DNA of 64,000 nt, from NCBI GenBank assembly GCA_963742305.1, contig CAVULN010000046.1:13183-77182 (forward strand), given 5' to 3'. The notes beneath the pieces are model-generated. The model had not been told where the DNA came from. It ran no database searches and saw only the letters and a list, made by a program, of their open reading frames with translations. Of the stretch, positions 20,216-30,954 are shown piece after piece. Numbering within the stretch: position 1 is the stretch's first letter; every line of letters begins with the position of its first letter. A program made the position numbers and the translations under genes. This stretch comes from an uncultured Alphaproteobacteria bacterium (GTDB lineage Bacteria; Pseudomonadota; Alphaproteobacteria; Rhizobiales; Beijerinckiaceae).

Positions 20216-22273
20216 ATGACCAGTGCGCCGAACGACGCGAACCCGCTTCTCGAACCCTGGACCGGGCCGTTCGAGGCCCCGCCGTTCGACCGCGTCGAGC
20301 CTCGCCATTTCCCGCCCGCGCTCGACGCCGCGCTCGCCCAAGCGCGCGTGGAAATCGACGCGGTCGCCGCCGATCCCGAGCCTCCGACCTTCGCCAATAC
20401 GATCGAGGCGCTCGAGCGCAGCGGGCGCCGTCTCGACAAAGTGGCGAGCGTCTTTTTCAATCTCGCGGGCGCCCACACAAATGACGAATTGCAGGCGATC
20501 GAGCGCGACATCGCGCCGGTTCTCGCGCGCCACCGCAGCGACACCTATCTGAACGACGCCTTGTTCAGGCGCATCGACGCACTCAAGGCCGGCGAGAGCA
20601 AGCTCGAGCTTTCGCCCGAACAAAAGCGCGTGCTTGAGCGCTATCATCTCGATTTCACACGCGCGGGCGCCGGCCAGCCGCCGGAAGCCAAGGCGCGGCT
20701 GGCGGCGATCTCGGAGCGGCTCGCGACGCTCGCCACTCAGTTCGGCCAGCATGTGCTCAAGGACGAGAAAGACTGGCTCATGCTCCTGAGCGAGTCCGAT
20801 CTCGACGGCCTGCCGGATTTCCTTGTCGCCAGCGCCGCGCGCATCGCCGCCGACCGCGGCCATCCCGGCCAATACGCGATCACCCTCGCCCGATCGAGCG
20901 TCGAGCCGTTCCTGCAATTCTCGCCCCGCCGGGATTTGCGCGAGCGAGCCTTCCGCGCCTGGACGGCGCGGGGCGAGAACGGCGGCGCAACCGACAATCG
21001 CGCCATCGCCGCCGAGATGGTGCGGCTGAGAGCCGAGCGCGCGCGTCTGTTGGGCTACGAAACTTACGCCCACTACCGGTTGGCCGACACGATGGCGAAG
21101 ACGCCGCAAGCGGCGCTCGATCTTCTCGAGTCGGTCTGGGCGCCGGGCGTCGCCAGCGCGGGCAAGGACGAGGAGGCGCTGCAGGCGATCGCCGCGAGCG
21201 AAGGCGCCAATTTCAAGGTCGCGCCGTGGGACTGGCGCTACCTGTCGGAAAAGCGGCGTAAGGCCGAGTTCGACTTCGACGAGGGCGAGCTCAAGCCGTA
21301 TCTCGAGCTCGACCGCATGATCGAGGCGGCCTTCTACGCCGCGGGCCGCCTGTTCGGCCTCGAGTTCGCCGAGCGCTCCGACCTCAAGCTCTATCACCCC
21401 GACGTGCGCGCCTGGGAAGTCAAGGGCGGCGACGGCGAGCCGAAGGCGCTGTTCCTGGGCGATTATTTCGCCAGGCCCTCGAAGCGCAGCGGCGCCTGGA
21501 TGAGCAATTTCCGCGGGCAACAGAAGCTCGACGAGCCGCGCCTGCCGATCGTGGTCAATGTGATGAATTTCGCCAGGGGGGCCGAGGGCGGGAAGAGCCT
21601 GCTCAGCGTCGACGAAGCGCGCACCCTCTTCCACGAATTCGGCCACGCGCTGCACGGGATGCTGTCGGACGTCGCCTATCCGCGCATCTCCGGAACCCAT
21701 GTCGCCGGCGATTTCGTCGAGTTTCCCTCGCAGCTTTTCGAGCACTGGATTCAGGCGCCGGAAATGCTGCGCCGCTTCGCGCGCCATCATGAAACCGGCG
21801 AGCCGATGCCCGACGCGCTGATCGACAAGCTTCTCGCCGCGCGCGCTTTCAACCAGGGCTGGGCGACGGTTGAGTACACGGCCTCGGCGCTGGTCGACCT
21901 GAAGCTCCATCTCGAGCCCGAGACCGCCGACCTCGACGTCGTCGCCTTCGAGCGGGACGAGCTCGAGCGGATCGGCATGCCCGGGGCGATCGCCATGCGA
22001 CATCGCACGCCGCACTTCCAGCATATCTTCTCGGGCGGCTATTCGGCCGCCTATTACAGCTATCTATGGTCGGAGACGCTCGACGCCGACGGGTTCGAGG
22101 CTTTCGAGGAGGCCGGCGACATCTTCGATCCGGGCGTGGCGCAGCGGCTCGAGAAATATGTTTACGCCGCCGGCGGCGCCCGCGATTATGACGAGGCCTA
22201 CCGGGCCTTTCGCGGCCGCTCGCCTTCGCCCGAAGCGCTCTTCCGCAAGCGGGGGCTGGCCGACGCATCTTAG
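20216..22273 (+). CDS. dcp: M3 family metallopeptidase (peptidyl-dipeptidase Dcp-like)
   Basis: NPLL, KRSGAWM, LFHEFGHALHG, DFVEFPSQ, YSAAYYSYLW. Confidence 0.9.
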   Translation: MTSAPNDANPLLEPWTGPFEAPPFDRVEPRHFPPALDAALAQARVEIDAVAADPEPPTFANTIEALERSGRRLDKVASVFFNLAGAHTNDELQAIERDIAPVLARHRSDTYLNDALFRRIDALKAGESKLELSPEQKRVLERYHLDFTRAGAGQPPEAKARLAAISERLATLATQFGQHVLKDEKDWLMLLSESDLDGLPDFLVASAARIAADRGHPGQYAITLARSSVEPFLQFSPRRDLRERAFRAWTARGENGGATDNRAIAAEMVRLRAERARLLGYETYAHYRLADTMAKTPQAALDLLESVWAPGVASAGKDEEALQAIAASEGANFKVAPWDWRYLSEKRRKAEFDFDEGELKPYLELDRMIEAAFYAAGRLFGLEFAERSDLKLYHPDVRAWEVKGGDGEPKALFLGDYFARPSKRSGAWMSNFRGQQKLDEPRLPIVVNVMNFARGAEGGKSLLSVDEARTLFHEFGHALHGMLSDVAYPRISGTHVAGDFVEFPSQLFEHWIQAPEMLRRFARHHETGEPMPDALIDKLLAARAFNQGWATVEYTASALVDLKLHLEPETADLDVVAFERDELERIGMPGAIAMRHRTPHFQHIFSGGYSAAYYSYLWSETLDADGFEAFEEAGDIFDPGVAQRLEKYVYAAGGARDYDEAYRAFRGRSPSPEALFRKRGLADAS

Positions 22274-22329
22274 ACGGATGAACCCTTCCGGCCGTATGCT
22301 CCCGACCGGGATGCGCGCTGAACGCGGCC

Positions 22330-23503
22330 TTACAGTCCGGCGACCACCGCGAGCTTGGTGATCTGCCCGTTCTGGTAGGCCCTAAGAAAAGCCTGGTAGT
22401 CCTTGACCGACACGCAACCGTTCGAATCGCCCTTGGGGCCGAGCATGAACGGGTGCGCGAGCAGCCCAGCCCGCCCGTAGACTCCACCCTCGCCGATCGG
22501 ATTGAGACGCAGCGCCTGCACGCCGTGGAAAAGGCTCTCCCTCAGCGTCAGCTGGTAGAGATGGGGCGGCGTCGGGCCCTTCGCTCGTTCGCTCACGTAG
22601 CGCGGATTGTCCAGCGCCTCTCCCAGGCCCGAATGGGCCTCGAGCTTCGTCCCATCCGGAAGATAGACGACGCGCGCCTTGATGTCATAGACCGCGGTGG
22701 TGCGGTCATAGCCGGAGACGGCGGTCGGCGCCGAACTTCCGAACGGCGACGGCAGGCTGAACAGCGGACCTCTGCCGAGGCCGGTCGCCTCCCTCTCCCT
22801 TTGCTCGCCAATCGCCGGCTGGGCAGAGGGTCGCGCGGGCGCCGCGGAGGCAACCGCCGGCGAAGCGCCCGCCGGGGAGGTTTGGCGCCCCCATCCGAAC
22901 AGTTTCTGAATCAGATTGCGGTTGTCGCCTGGGGCGGCTGCGGGAGGCCGCGCGACCGCCACTTCGGGGCGGGACGCATGGCGCTCGGGCGCCTGAGGCT
23001 GGGCGGGCGCGGCCAGTTCGGGCGGACGAGGCGGCGGCAGGGGGAAGCTCTCGGTCTCGCTGATCTCGGGCAGATCGCGCGCCGGCGGCTGAGGCAGGCC
23101 GGCGGCCGGCGGAATCGCCGGCGCTGGACCGGGAGCAGGCGAGAACGGTTCAAGGGCCGGCAGGGGTATGGGCGCCGGAGTCAGGCGCGGGGCGACTTCG
23201 AGGCTCGCCACCTGCGCGGGCTGGGCCGATTGCGCCGCCGGGACCGGAGGCTTCAACTGAGCCAGCACGCTCGCGTCGATGACGATGTCGTGGAAGGGCT
23301 TCGAGACCCCCTGGGGCGCCGGCGCCGGGGTCCAGAACGCCGCGTCGGGAGCGCCCGAACCGCGCCAATGCAGCAGCCAAACGCTAAGCGCCCCGGCGAG
23401 GACCACCGCGGTCGCGCCAGGAAGGACCTTAAGGAGAACCCGCCGAGGACTATCCCCGCCCTCAAACGAAAGGTTGTCGAATGTTGCGTCGAGTTCCGTT
23501 CAT
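22330..23503 (-). CDS. DUF2778 (Tlde1/L,D-transpeptidase-like) domain protein with Pro-rich linker; probable 1-bp insertion right after the ATG
   Basis: C-terminal AVYDI..R.VYLPDG..LEAHSG, GPTPP, LLAHPFMLG..GDSNGCVS; removing one A at about 23500 gives MTELDATFD... in frame. Confidence 0.8.
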
Positions 23504-23555
23504 CCCCCGCCCTACGCGAAACGCCTCACAACTGAATCAAATTAGCGCGTACGCG

Positions 23556-23571
23556 TTGAGCCTTTCTTAAC
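23556..23571. promoter_or_regulatory. CtrA-like box upstream of the DUF2778 gene
   Basis: TTGA-N7-TTAAC. Confidence 0.35.
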
Positions 23572-23800
23572 GCAGACCACCGCCCGGCGCCAAGCCCCGG
23601 CGGGGGCGCTGTTCAACAGCTTTTATTCCCATTCCAGCAATGTATAGAATAGGCGAGCCAGCCATCGCGGACCACCTTGGCGTCGCTCCAGACAGATGGG
23701 TCGGGATATGCGGAACGGCGGCGGTCGACGGCAAACAAACCTTGCCGTGACTTTCCCTGGCGGTCTCCGTTATTTGGCGCCGGGCCGTCGGCCAAGCCCG

Positions 23801-25130
23801 CTACCTGGCCGTCTGGCGCAACGCCCGGGCGTACCGGGTCCTGGTCCGCGGCGTTGGCCGGGCGCCGGCGCGTTCGGCGAGGAGAGCGCGCGCCAGGCTC
23901 CACTGGCCCGATCGCTCGGCCGCCGCGATCAGGGTGAGATTGACAATGTCGCGCTGGGCGTGGCTGCCGCCGATGCGGATCGTTTCGTCCCGGACGGGCA
24001 ATATCTCGTCGACGGCGCGGGCGAAGTCGCCGCGGGCGAAAGCCAGCGCCCCGTCGATCAGGCGCCGGCCGACCTCGGCTGTCACCCGCCGGTTGTCGCC
24101 CGAGCCCAGCCGCTCATAGTCGTCGAGCGAGCGGGCGAGACGGACGGCGTGGTCCGGGTCGGGCGAGCGCGCGGCGGCGAAGGCGCAATGCAGATCGTTG
24201 AAGGCGAGCACATGGTCGTCGGCATGCGCCATCCATGCGTCGGCGAGGGCCGCCCAGCGGTCGCCGACGTCGATTCCCTCAAGCTCGAGCCGCCACAAGA
24301 GCGACGCGGCGTCGACGCGGTCGAGCGTCGCGTCGTCGGCGAGCTTGGGCGCGGTCAGGCGGTCGTAGTCGGCGAGAACCTCGTCGAACCGTCCCTGCTC
24401 GATCAGAAAGAGCGCCAGATGCCAGCCGTTGTGATGGGCCATGAAATGCGCATGGGTCCAGTCCGCCCGAGTGGCCTTGAGGAACGCCACGCCCTCCTCG
24501 TGCCGGTTCGCGGTCTCCATCACATGCGCCAGCGCATGGGTCGCCCAGGCGTCGCGGGGTTCACGGGCGAGCGCCTCGCGGCCGAAGGCTTCGGCGCGCT
24601 CGAGGTCGCCGGTCTCCTCGAGCCCGAAGGCGTAAAGCCCAAGGACAAAGCTCCTGAGCGGATTGTCGCGGTCCCACGCCGGCAGGACCCGCTGCGGCGC
24701 AGTCGCGGATCGCGGCCGGGCGGCCAAGAAAATAGAAGCCGTCCTCGGCCAGGCGCAAGGCGAGCGCATCGGTCGGATGGTCGGCGAGGATCGCCTCCCA
24801 GCCCAGGATCGCCTGCGAGGTCTCGCCTTCAGCCCATTGCCTTGCGGCGGCGAAATGGCGCCGCTCGCGTTCCGAGGCGCCCCCGACCGCCGCCTCGGCC
24901 GCCCGGAGCGCGCTCACAACCTCCGGATGGTCGCCGCGAAAGCCGCCGATCATATAAAGCGCCGCGATCGCGACGGCGCCCAGCGCGAAACCGGGATCGC
25001 GCTGAAGCGCGGATTTGAGCACGCCGACCGGATCGCCGGTCAGCCCATAATAGTCGGCGATCGCGCGATCGAACGCCGCGGCGGACTCCGGAGCGCCGGC
25101 GAGTTCGAGCCCCTGCTGGTCCCTGGCCAT
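23801..25130 (-). CDS. Tetratricopeptide repeat protein 38 (TTC38)-like; frameshift near 24695
   Basis: HPTDALAL, AFGLEETG, DAWATHALAHVME, HNGWHLAL, DAASLLWRL, IGGSHAQRD. Confidence 0.85.
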
Positions 25131-25324
25131 TTTCAATCCTTCGCCGGTCACCATAGCGCGAGGGGATCGCCGCCGGAACCGGGCCTCGCCCTCGGCGAAG
25201 GCATTCAAATCGGGGCGCCGTTCGGGCCCCGCGGAGGGATGATGAACGGCCCGACGATCTCCGTTGCGGCGAACAGGTGGATAAGCAATCGTAAGGCGTC
25301 CTGATTGCGATTTGGGGGACGCCG

Positions 25325-25906
25325 ATGAATAATAACTTGCAGGATATCTGGATTTTTGGTCTGAGCCATACGCTTGTTATGCTTACGGTTCTGCAAGTCA
25401 TCGACCTGGCGCTAACGCTTCTGCATTCCCTACAGGAGCGCAAAGGTCGGTTGTGGCGGTACTTCGGCGCGATTGCGGGAGTGAAGATACCCGACGGCTT
25501 CGGTCAGGTTTCGTTCTTTTGGGGCCTGACCATTTCATTGTGGATCGTTGGGCTCCTTGGGATTGCCGGCGCCGTCCTTTGGCAAGCGCCGCTTGCGTTC
25601 GGGTGCCTGGGCGCAATCATCGGGTGCAGGTTGTCGGACGGCTGGTTTTCGCATATCGCGCCAAACAATGCAGGCTTTCGGCCCAATCCGGGCCTGTCGT
25701 CGGTTCCACTGTACTTCGCCGAAGTAGCGGTTCTCCTGGTCGTGTTCTATCCGGCGATCAGGATGCGGATGCTCGCCGTGCTGATTGGCTTCGTCATCGG
25801 CGCATTCGCCTTCTATTGCATAATTCCGAGTTTGAAGCGCTTCGGGCGCCTGGTGTTCCAGCCGGTCACACCCTGGCGGGCAGGCAGTCCGCAGCCAACG
25901 TGGTGA
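25325..25906 (+). CDS. Integral membrane protein, HXXEE-like
   Basis: About 5 TM helices, LHSLQE and NPGLSS motifs; low GC. Confidence 0.6.
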   Translation: MNNNLQDIWIFGLSHTLVMLTVLQVIDLALTLLHSLQERKGRLWRYFGAIAGVKIPDGFGQVSFFWGLTISLWIVGLLGIAGAVLWQAPLAFGCLGAIIGCRLSDGWFSHIAPNNAGFRPNPGLSSVPLYFAEVAVLLVVFYPAIRMRMLAVLIGFVIGAFAFYCIIPSLKRFGRLVFQPVTPWRAGSPQPTW

Positions 25907-25997
25907 AGCCCGCGAGGGACCTCAGGCGGGACCGCTCCGGCATTTGTGGGTTCACGGAAATGAAAGGGCGGGGTGAGAAGCGAAGGACTTCTTCCGG

Positions 25998-26885
25998 ATG
26001 AAGGGCAAGACCGTCGTCGCCACCGGCGCGACTTCGGGCATCGGCGAGGCGGCGGTCGTCGCGCTCGCCAGGCTCGGCGCCCGCATTGTCATCGTGGCGC
26101 GGGACGAAGCTCGCGCCGACGCGACGATGCGCAAGATTGAAGCGGCAGCGCCCGGGCTCGGCCATCGCGCGCATCTCGCCGATCTCTCGCGGATGAGCGA
26201 GACGCGCAGGGCCGGCGCGGCGATCGCGACGAGCGAGACGCGCGTCGATGTGCTGATCAACAACGCCGGGGCCCTGTTCTCCCGCCGGCGGGTGACGCCA
26301 GAGGGTCTGGAGATGACCTTCGCCCTCAACCATATGGCCTATTTCGTGCTGACCGAGGCGCTCAGCGACAAGCTCATCGCTTCCGCGCCCGCCCGGATCG
26401 TCTCCACTTCGTCGACCGCGCATGAGCGCTCGGCGCTCGATTTCAGCGACCTGCAGAGCGCCGCCGGCTACACCGGCTTCAAAGCTTACCGCCGCTCCAA
26501 GCTCGCCAATATCCTGTTCACCCGCGAGCTCGCCCGGCGGCTCGCCGGCACGGGCGTGACGGCCAATTGCCTCGATCCCGGCGTGGTGGCGACCCGGTTC
26601 GGCTCGTCGAGCGGCGGAATGGTCGGCCTTGTGATCCCGCTGCTCAGGCCATTCTTCATCCCGGCTGAAAAAGGCGCCGACACGATCGTCTACCTCGCCT
26701 CGTCGCCCGAAGTGGCGAGCACGACCGGCGCCTATTTCGCCAAGCGCAGGATCGTCGAGCCGTCCGCCGCGGCTCGGGACGATGCCGCAGCGACAAGGCT
26801 GTGGCAGGCCAGCGAGGCCCTCGCCGGCGGCGGAACTCACAGGAGCGGGGAAAAGGGGCCTACCGATCCGGAAGTTCAGGCTTGA
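25998..26885 (+). CDS. SDR family oxidoreductase (retinol dehydrogenase/WWOX-like)
   Basis: TGATSGIG, LINNAG, YRRSKLAN. Confidence 0.92.
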   Translation: MKGKTVVATGATSGIGEAAVVALARLGARIVIVARDEARADATMRKIEAAAPGLGHRAHLADLSRMSETRRAGAAIATSETRVDVLINNAGALFSRRRVTPEGLEMTFALNHMAYFVLTEALSDKLIASAPARIVSTSSTAHERSALDFSDLQSAAGYTGFKAYRRSKLANILFTRELARRLAGTGVTANCLDPGVVATRFGSSSGGMVGLVIPLLRPFFIPAEKGADTIVYLASSPEVASTTGAYFAKRRIVEPSAAARDDAAATRLWQASEALAGGGTHRSGEKGPTDPEVQA

Positions 26886-27366
26886 CCAACGATCGAACGG
26901 CGAGGGGCACCAGTTCTTCCGGCACGCGGCGAACGGTTCGCGTCTCCCCGTCGACCTCGCCGGTGATGTCATATTTGGTTGAATCTGAACGGGTCGGCGG
27001 AGGCGCCGCGCCTTTCGTCTTCAACAGCTTCCGGATCTGACTCTGATCCTCGGGCGAGAGGGAATTCAGCCGAACCTTCACCGGCGCGCTGCGGGTGTTT
27101 GTGATTCCGCCGCCCACTTGCGTAATGGTCAGCGCGTCACGATCGGTCACTTTGAGGTTCCGGGCATTCAACGTTGTGTGGTCCGACGCTGTTCCCGCAT
27201 CGGCCACGCCAACACAGAAGACACACGCCATCGCGCAAGCGATCGAGCGGGCTCGAAGCAGCCGTCGCGCCCCTTCCCTAGCACATTTGCACAGGATGCG
27301 CGAAAGACTCTTCCGTGGGTCGAACCCTTTCGACGCATCCTCAGGCTGCGGGAGCCTATAGAACAA
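26860..27366 (-). CDS. Emfourin (M4in)-like protealysin inhibitor; start uncertain
   Basis: Directly downstream of the protealysin-like gene; ITQVGGG...L..EDQSQIRKLL...D..KYDIT....TRTV...VP.AVR.LV pattern. Confidence 0.6.
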   Translation of the reverse strand: MFYRLPQPEDASKGFDPRKSLSRILCKCAREGARRLLRARSIACAMACVFCVGVADAGTASDHTTLNARNLKVTDRDALTITQVGGGITNTRSAPVKVRLNSLSPEDQSQIRKLLKTKGAAPPPTRSDSTKYDITGEVDGETRTVRRVPEELVPLAVRSLVKPELPDR

Positions 27367-28396
27367 ACACCGTCTTCCAGCCCTTCGTCACAGCCGCCGC
27401 AACTGACGGGTCTGCGGCGAACTGCCTTTTTGCCTCGCTGACCGTCAACCGGGCGAAAGCCTTGAACTTCATCGTCTTGGTCGCCTTCTTGTTGGTCAGC
27501 GCGCCATACCATATCTTGCCTGCTTTTTCCCAGCTATGACCGCCGATAGCCTTCGCGATGACACAAAAAGCGCGGTTCGGGATGCCGCTGTTGTCGTGCG
27601 GATCGCCATGCGGGATGTAGTGCTTGTAGTCGGCGGGCTGTGGCGACAGGCAATGCTTCGCGCCCGGATTGGCCATGTCGCGCAGACAGGTGTAGCCCTT
27701 CTGCTTCGCCGACGGACCCATGATTCCCGAGCCGATAAGCCAGTCTGCCTTATCCACGGTTTGTCCGGCGGACCACTGCCTGTACATCGAGCCGAACACG
27801 TCGGAGACGCTTTCGTTCAATGCGCCCGGCTCGTCCGTGTAAGTGAGGCCAGCGGTGTACTGAGTGACGCCATGAGTGAGTTCGTGGCCAATGACGTCGT
27901 TCGAGTCGGTGAAATCGACGAAGAGCTTGCCGTCGCCGTCGCCGTAGACCATTTGCCGACCGTCCCAAAACGCATTGTCGTAGTCTTGCCCGTAGTGGAC
28001 GGACGAGACCAAGGTCTTGCCTTTGTTGTCGACCGAGTTGCGGCCAAAACAGTGATGATAGAACTTCGCCACCCCGTTGGCCTCATTGAAAGCGTTCTTG
28101 ACGGATTTGTCCGAGGAAGCTTTCGGATTGGCGACGGGTGTTCCTGGCAAGTTCTCGGTGTGGTTGCAATTGTAGGCGGTCGCCTGCGGCAAAGCCGCCA
28201 GCGCCGTCTGAACTCCCGCCGCTTCTTGATGAGCCTTCGAGGCAGCGGCGTTCGCCGCCCGCAATTTTCTCCAAATGGGCTCGAGCCTCTTCGTATTCGC
28301 AATAGCTTCCCGAGCCTCCGCGCCAAGAGATCTGTCTGACGCGAGACGTTCAAGCACTGAAGGTGGAATGATGTAGCAACCGCAAGCCAGCCTCAT
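27356..28396 (-). CDS. M4 family metallopeptidase, protealysin-like
   Basis: Short propeptide CYIIPPSVL, YDNAFWDG..MVYGDG, HELTH, GALNESVSD, HDNSGIPN. Confidence 0.93.
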   Translation of the reverse strand: MRLACGCYIIPPSVLERLASDRSLGAEAREAIANTKRLEPIWRKLRAANAAASKAHQEAAGVQTALAALPQATAYNCNHTENLPGTPVANPKASSDKSVKNAFNEANGVAKFYHHCFGRNSVDNKGKTLVSSVHYGQDYDNAFWDGRQMVYGDGDGKLFVDFTDSNDVIGHELTHGVTQYTAGLTYTDEPGALNESVSDVFGSMYRQWSAGQTVDKADWLIGSGIMGPSAKQKGYTCLRDMANPGAKHCLSPQPADYKHYIPHGDPHDNSGIPNRAFCVIAKAIGGHSWEKAGKIWYGALTNKKATKTMKFKAFARLTVSEAKRQFAADPSVAAAVTKGWKTVFVL

Positions 28397-28689
28397 GTCA
28401 CCCTCTCTCTTCGTGCCCCATGACCACCTCGGTCAGAGCGCGTTTTGAATCGTCGCTATTCTTCGATTCTTCCTCGGTGGAATTGGTTTCAACAGCCGCG
28501 TCTGTTACGCGATTTGGCCCAGCAACGGCCGTTGGCGCCGTGGACCCATCGGTTACAATATACCTCGGTTAAATCGAATGGGATGCGCAGAACTACCTAT
28601 ATCGATCCGGAAGCCGCCGGCGGGCGCCAAAACCTGTCTCGTTGCTTTGGTGGATGAAAAAACGCCTGCCCGCTGTGACCGCCGTCACA

Positions 28690-29016
28690 CTATCTGCGGG
28701 TCTTGATCTTCGCCGCGCCGCGCCGCCAGGCCATTTCCAGCGCGGCCTGGAGCTCCGGCTCGCTCAGGGCGGAAAGCGTCGCGCGCGTCCAGCCCTGCCT
28801 TCCCCAGGCGTTTTCAAGCGCCGCGAAGGCGTCCGGCGCGACCGCGCATTTGAGCGCCTGCTCGTCGGGCGCGAACTTGATGTTGGCGGTGAGCCCGTCC
28901 GCCGCAAGCGTCGCGAAGGTCACTCTCGCCTTGAAGGCGCGCCGGTCGAAATGCGGGTATTCGGCGGCGCCGGGAAGCGCAAGCGCGATGCGGCGGAAAT
29001 CGGCGGCGTTGGCCAT
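28690..29016 (-). CDS. MmcQ/YjbR family DNA-binding protein
   Basis: [19 protein letters not shown]...FATL, WGRQGWT. Confidence 0.85.
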   Translation of the reverse strand: MANAADFRRIALALPGAAEYPHFDRRAFKARVTFATLAADGLTANIKFAPDEQALKCAVAPDAFAALENAWGRQGWTRATLSALSEPELQAALEMAWRRGAAKIKTRR

Positions 29017-29147
29017 GGGCGGCGTCTCAGGGATCGGACATGCGAGGACAGGCGCGCGGCGGACGAGGGGCGCCGCGCGCCATTGTGCGGCGGGCCGGCG
29101 CCCGCGTAGTCTCCCCGCCAGCGAAGACGCGCTGCGGAGGAGCGGCC

Positions 29148-30446
29148 ATGGGCAAGACAGGCTTCGAGCAGGCCAAGACCGTTCTGCGGGTCACCGGCGG
29201 CAATTTCCTCGAAATGTATGACTTCTTTCTGTTCGGCATCTACGCCCGGCAGATCTCGGCGACGTTCTTCCCCAGCCACGACCCTTACGCCTCGCTGATG
29301 GCGACCTTCCTGAGTTTCGCGGCGGGCTTCGCGATGCGCCCGATCGGCGCCCTCGTGCTGGGGCCATACGTCGACCGCATCGGCCGGCGCAAGGGCCTCA
29401 TCGTCACGCTCTCGATCATGGCCTGCGGAACCATCCTCATCGCCTTCGTGCCTGCATACGCGACCATCGGCGTGTTCGCCCCGCTCCTGGTGGTGCTCGG
29501 CCGGCTCTTGCAGGGATTCTCGGCCGGCGTCGAACTCGGCGGCGTCTCGGTCTATCTCTCGGAGATGGCGACGCCCGGAAACAAGGGCTTCTATGTCTCC
29601 TGGCAATCGGCGAGCCAGCAGGTCGCGATCGTGGTCGCCGCGCTTCTCGGCTTCGCGATCGCCAACCTCATGACCCCCGAAGCGGCTGCCGGCTGGGGCT
29701 GGCGCATTCCGTTCTTCCTCGGCTGCGCGATCGTGCCGTTCCTCTATATGATCCGGCGCAGGCTCGAGGAGACCCGCGAATTCGCGGCGCGCAAGGTCCA
29801 CCCGACGACGCGGCAGATCTTCGGGGTGCTCGGGGCAAACTGGCCGATCGTGCTCGGCGGCGTGGCGATGGTGATGATGACGACGGTGTCGTTCTATCTC
29901 ATCACCGTCTACACGCCGACCTTCGGCAGACGGGTGCTCAACCTCACCGAGTCCGACGCGCTGCTCGTGACGATCGCGGTCGCGGCGTCGAATTTCTTCT
30001 GGCTGCCGATCTCGGGCGCGGCGTCCGACCGGATCGGCCGCAAGCCGATCCTCGTCGGCTTCGCAACTCTTGCGCTTCTCACCGCCTATCCGGCGCTCGC
30101 CTGGCTTGCGAGGGCGCCGAGCTTCGAGCGTATGCTTGGGGTCGAGCTATGGCTCTCGTTCATCTACGCCTGCTACAACGGCGCGATGGTCGTGGCTCTG
30201 ACCGAGGTGATCCCCGCTTCGGTCCGCACGTCGGGGTTTTCGCTCGCCTACAGCCTGGCGACGACGCTCGGCGGCTCGTCGCTGCTGATCTCGACCTGGC
30301 TCATCCAGCACACCGGCGACAAGGCCGCGCCCGGGCTTTGGCTGAGCCTTGCGGCTTTGTGCGGCCTGATCGCGACGCTTGCGCTCTATCGGCGGCCGGC
30401 GGGCGGCGTGCCCTATCTCGCGCCCGGCGCCGCCGCTGGCGGATAG
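29148..30446 (+). CDS. MFS citrate/tricarballylate:H+ symporter (CitA/TcuC-like)
   Basis: [47 protein letters not shown]. Confidence 0.88.
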   Translation: MGKTGFEQAKTVLRVTGGNFLEMYDFFLFGIYARQISATFFPSHDPYASLMATFLSFAAGFAMRPIGALVLGPYVDRIGRRKGLIVTLSIMACGTILIAFVPAYATIGVFAPLLVVLGRLLQGFSAGVELGGVSVYLSEMATPGNKGFYVSWQSASQQVAIVVAALLGFAIANLMTPEAAAGWGWRIPFFLGCAIVPFLYMIRRRLEETREFAARKVHPTTRQIFGVLGANWPIVLGGVAMVMMTTVSFYLITVYTPTFGRRVLNLTESDALLVTIAVAASNFFWLPISGAASDRIGRKPILVGFATLALLTAYPALAWLARAPSFERMLGVELWLSFIYACYNGAMVVALTEVIPASVRTSGFSLAYSLATTLGGSSLLISTWLIQHTGDKAAPGLWLSLAALCGLIATLALYRRPAGGVPYLAPGAAAGG

Positions 30447-30565
30447 ACTTTTTCGCCGCGCTTCGTCGAAATCGTGCGAAACAAACGCAGCGCGTCCTGA
30501 GTTTCTCCGGTCGTCCTCAGTTTGGCGAAGCGCGCCATCCGGGGACCAGAGAGACGGAGGTTCCG

Positions 30566-30895
30566 ATGCAAGCGACCTGGGCGCCCCATGAGAAACATGG
30601 GCAACTTACGGCTCAAGCAGACCTACCCGACACGGTCTACGCCTTTCCGAAGCAACGCAAGGAGCCGCTGACCGACGCGAAGCACGTCCGCAACGCGGTC
30701 GCGCGGTTCGATCAGGTCATCGACGTTTCCGACGAGGATCGGAAACTGGCCTTCGCCAATATCGAGAAGGCGGCCCGCCACTATGGCGTCGACCTTTCCG
30801 AGAGCTCGTGGCGCGATCTCGGCGCTCATCCCCAACCCCATCGCAAAGAGGCGGCCGCCAAAGCCGCCGCGACGCGGAAGCGCGAACGCAAATAG
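30566..30895 (+). CDS. DUF6582-like small protein
   Basis: DLPDTVYAFPKQRKEPLTDAKHVRNAVARFDQV; GGAGG SD. Confidence 0.75.
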   Translation: MQATWAPHEKHGQLTAQADLPDTVYAFPKQRKEPLTDAKHVRNAVARFDQVIDVSDEDRKLAFANIEKAARHYGVDLSESSWRDLGAHPQPHRKEAAAKAAATRKRERK

Positions 30896-30954
30896 CGAGG
30901 CCGTCAGCCGTCGGGCGGCAGTCAAGCGTGAGTTCGGGCCGGGCTCGTCGCGCG

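Noticed and set aside
30478-30503. EcfG-type promoter (GAAAC-N17-AGTT) before the DUF6582 gene
   Set aside because: Mismatches in both elements; too weak to call
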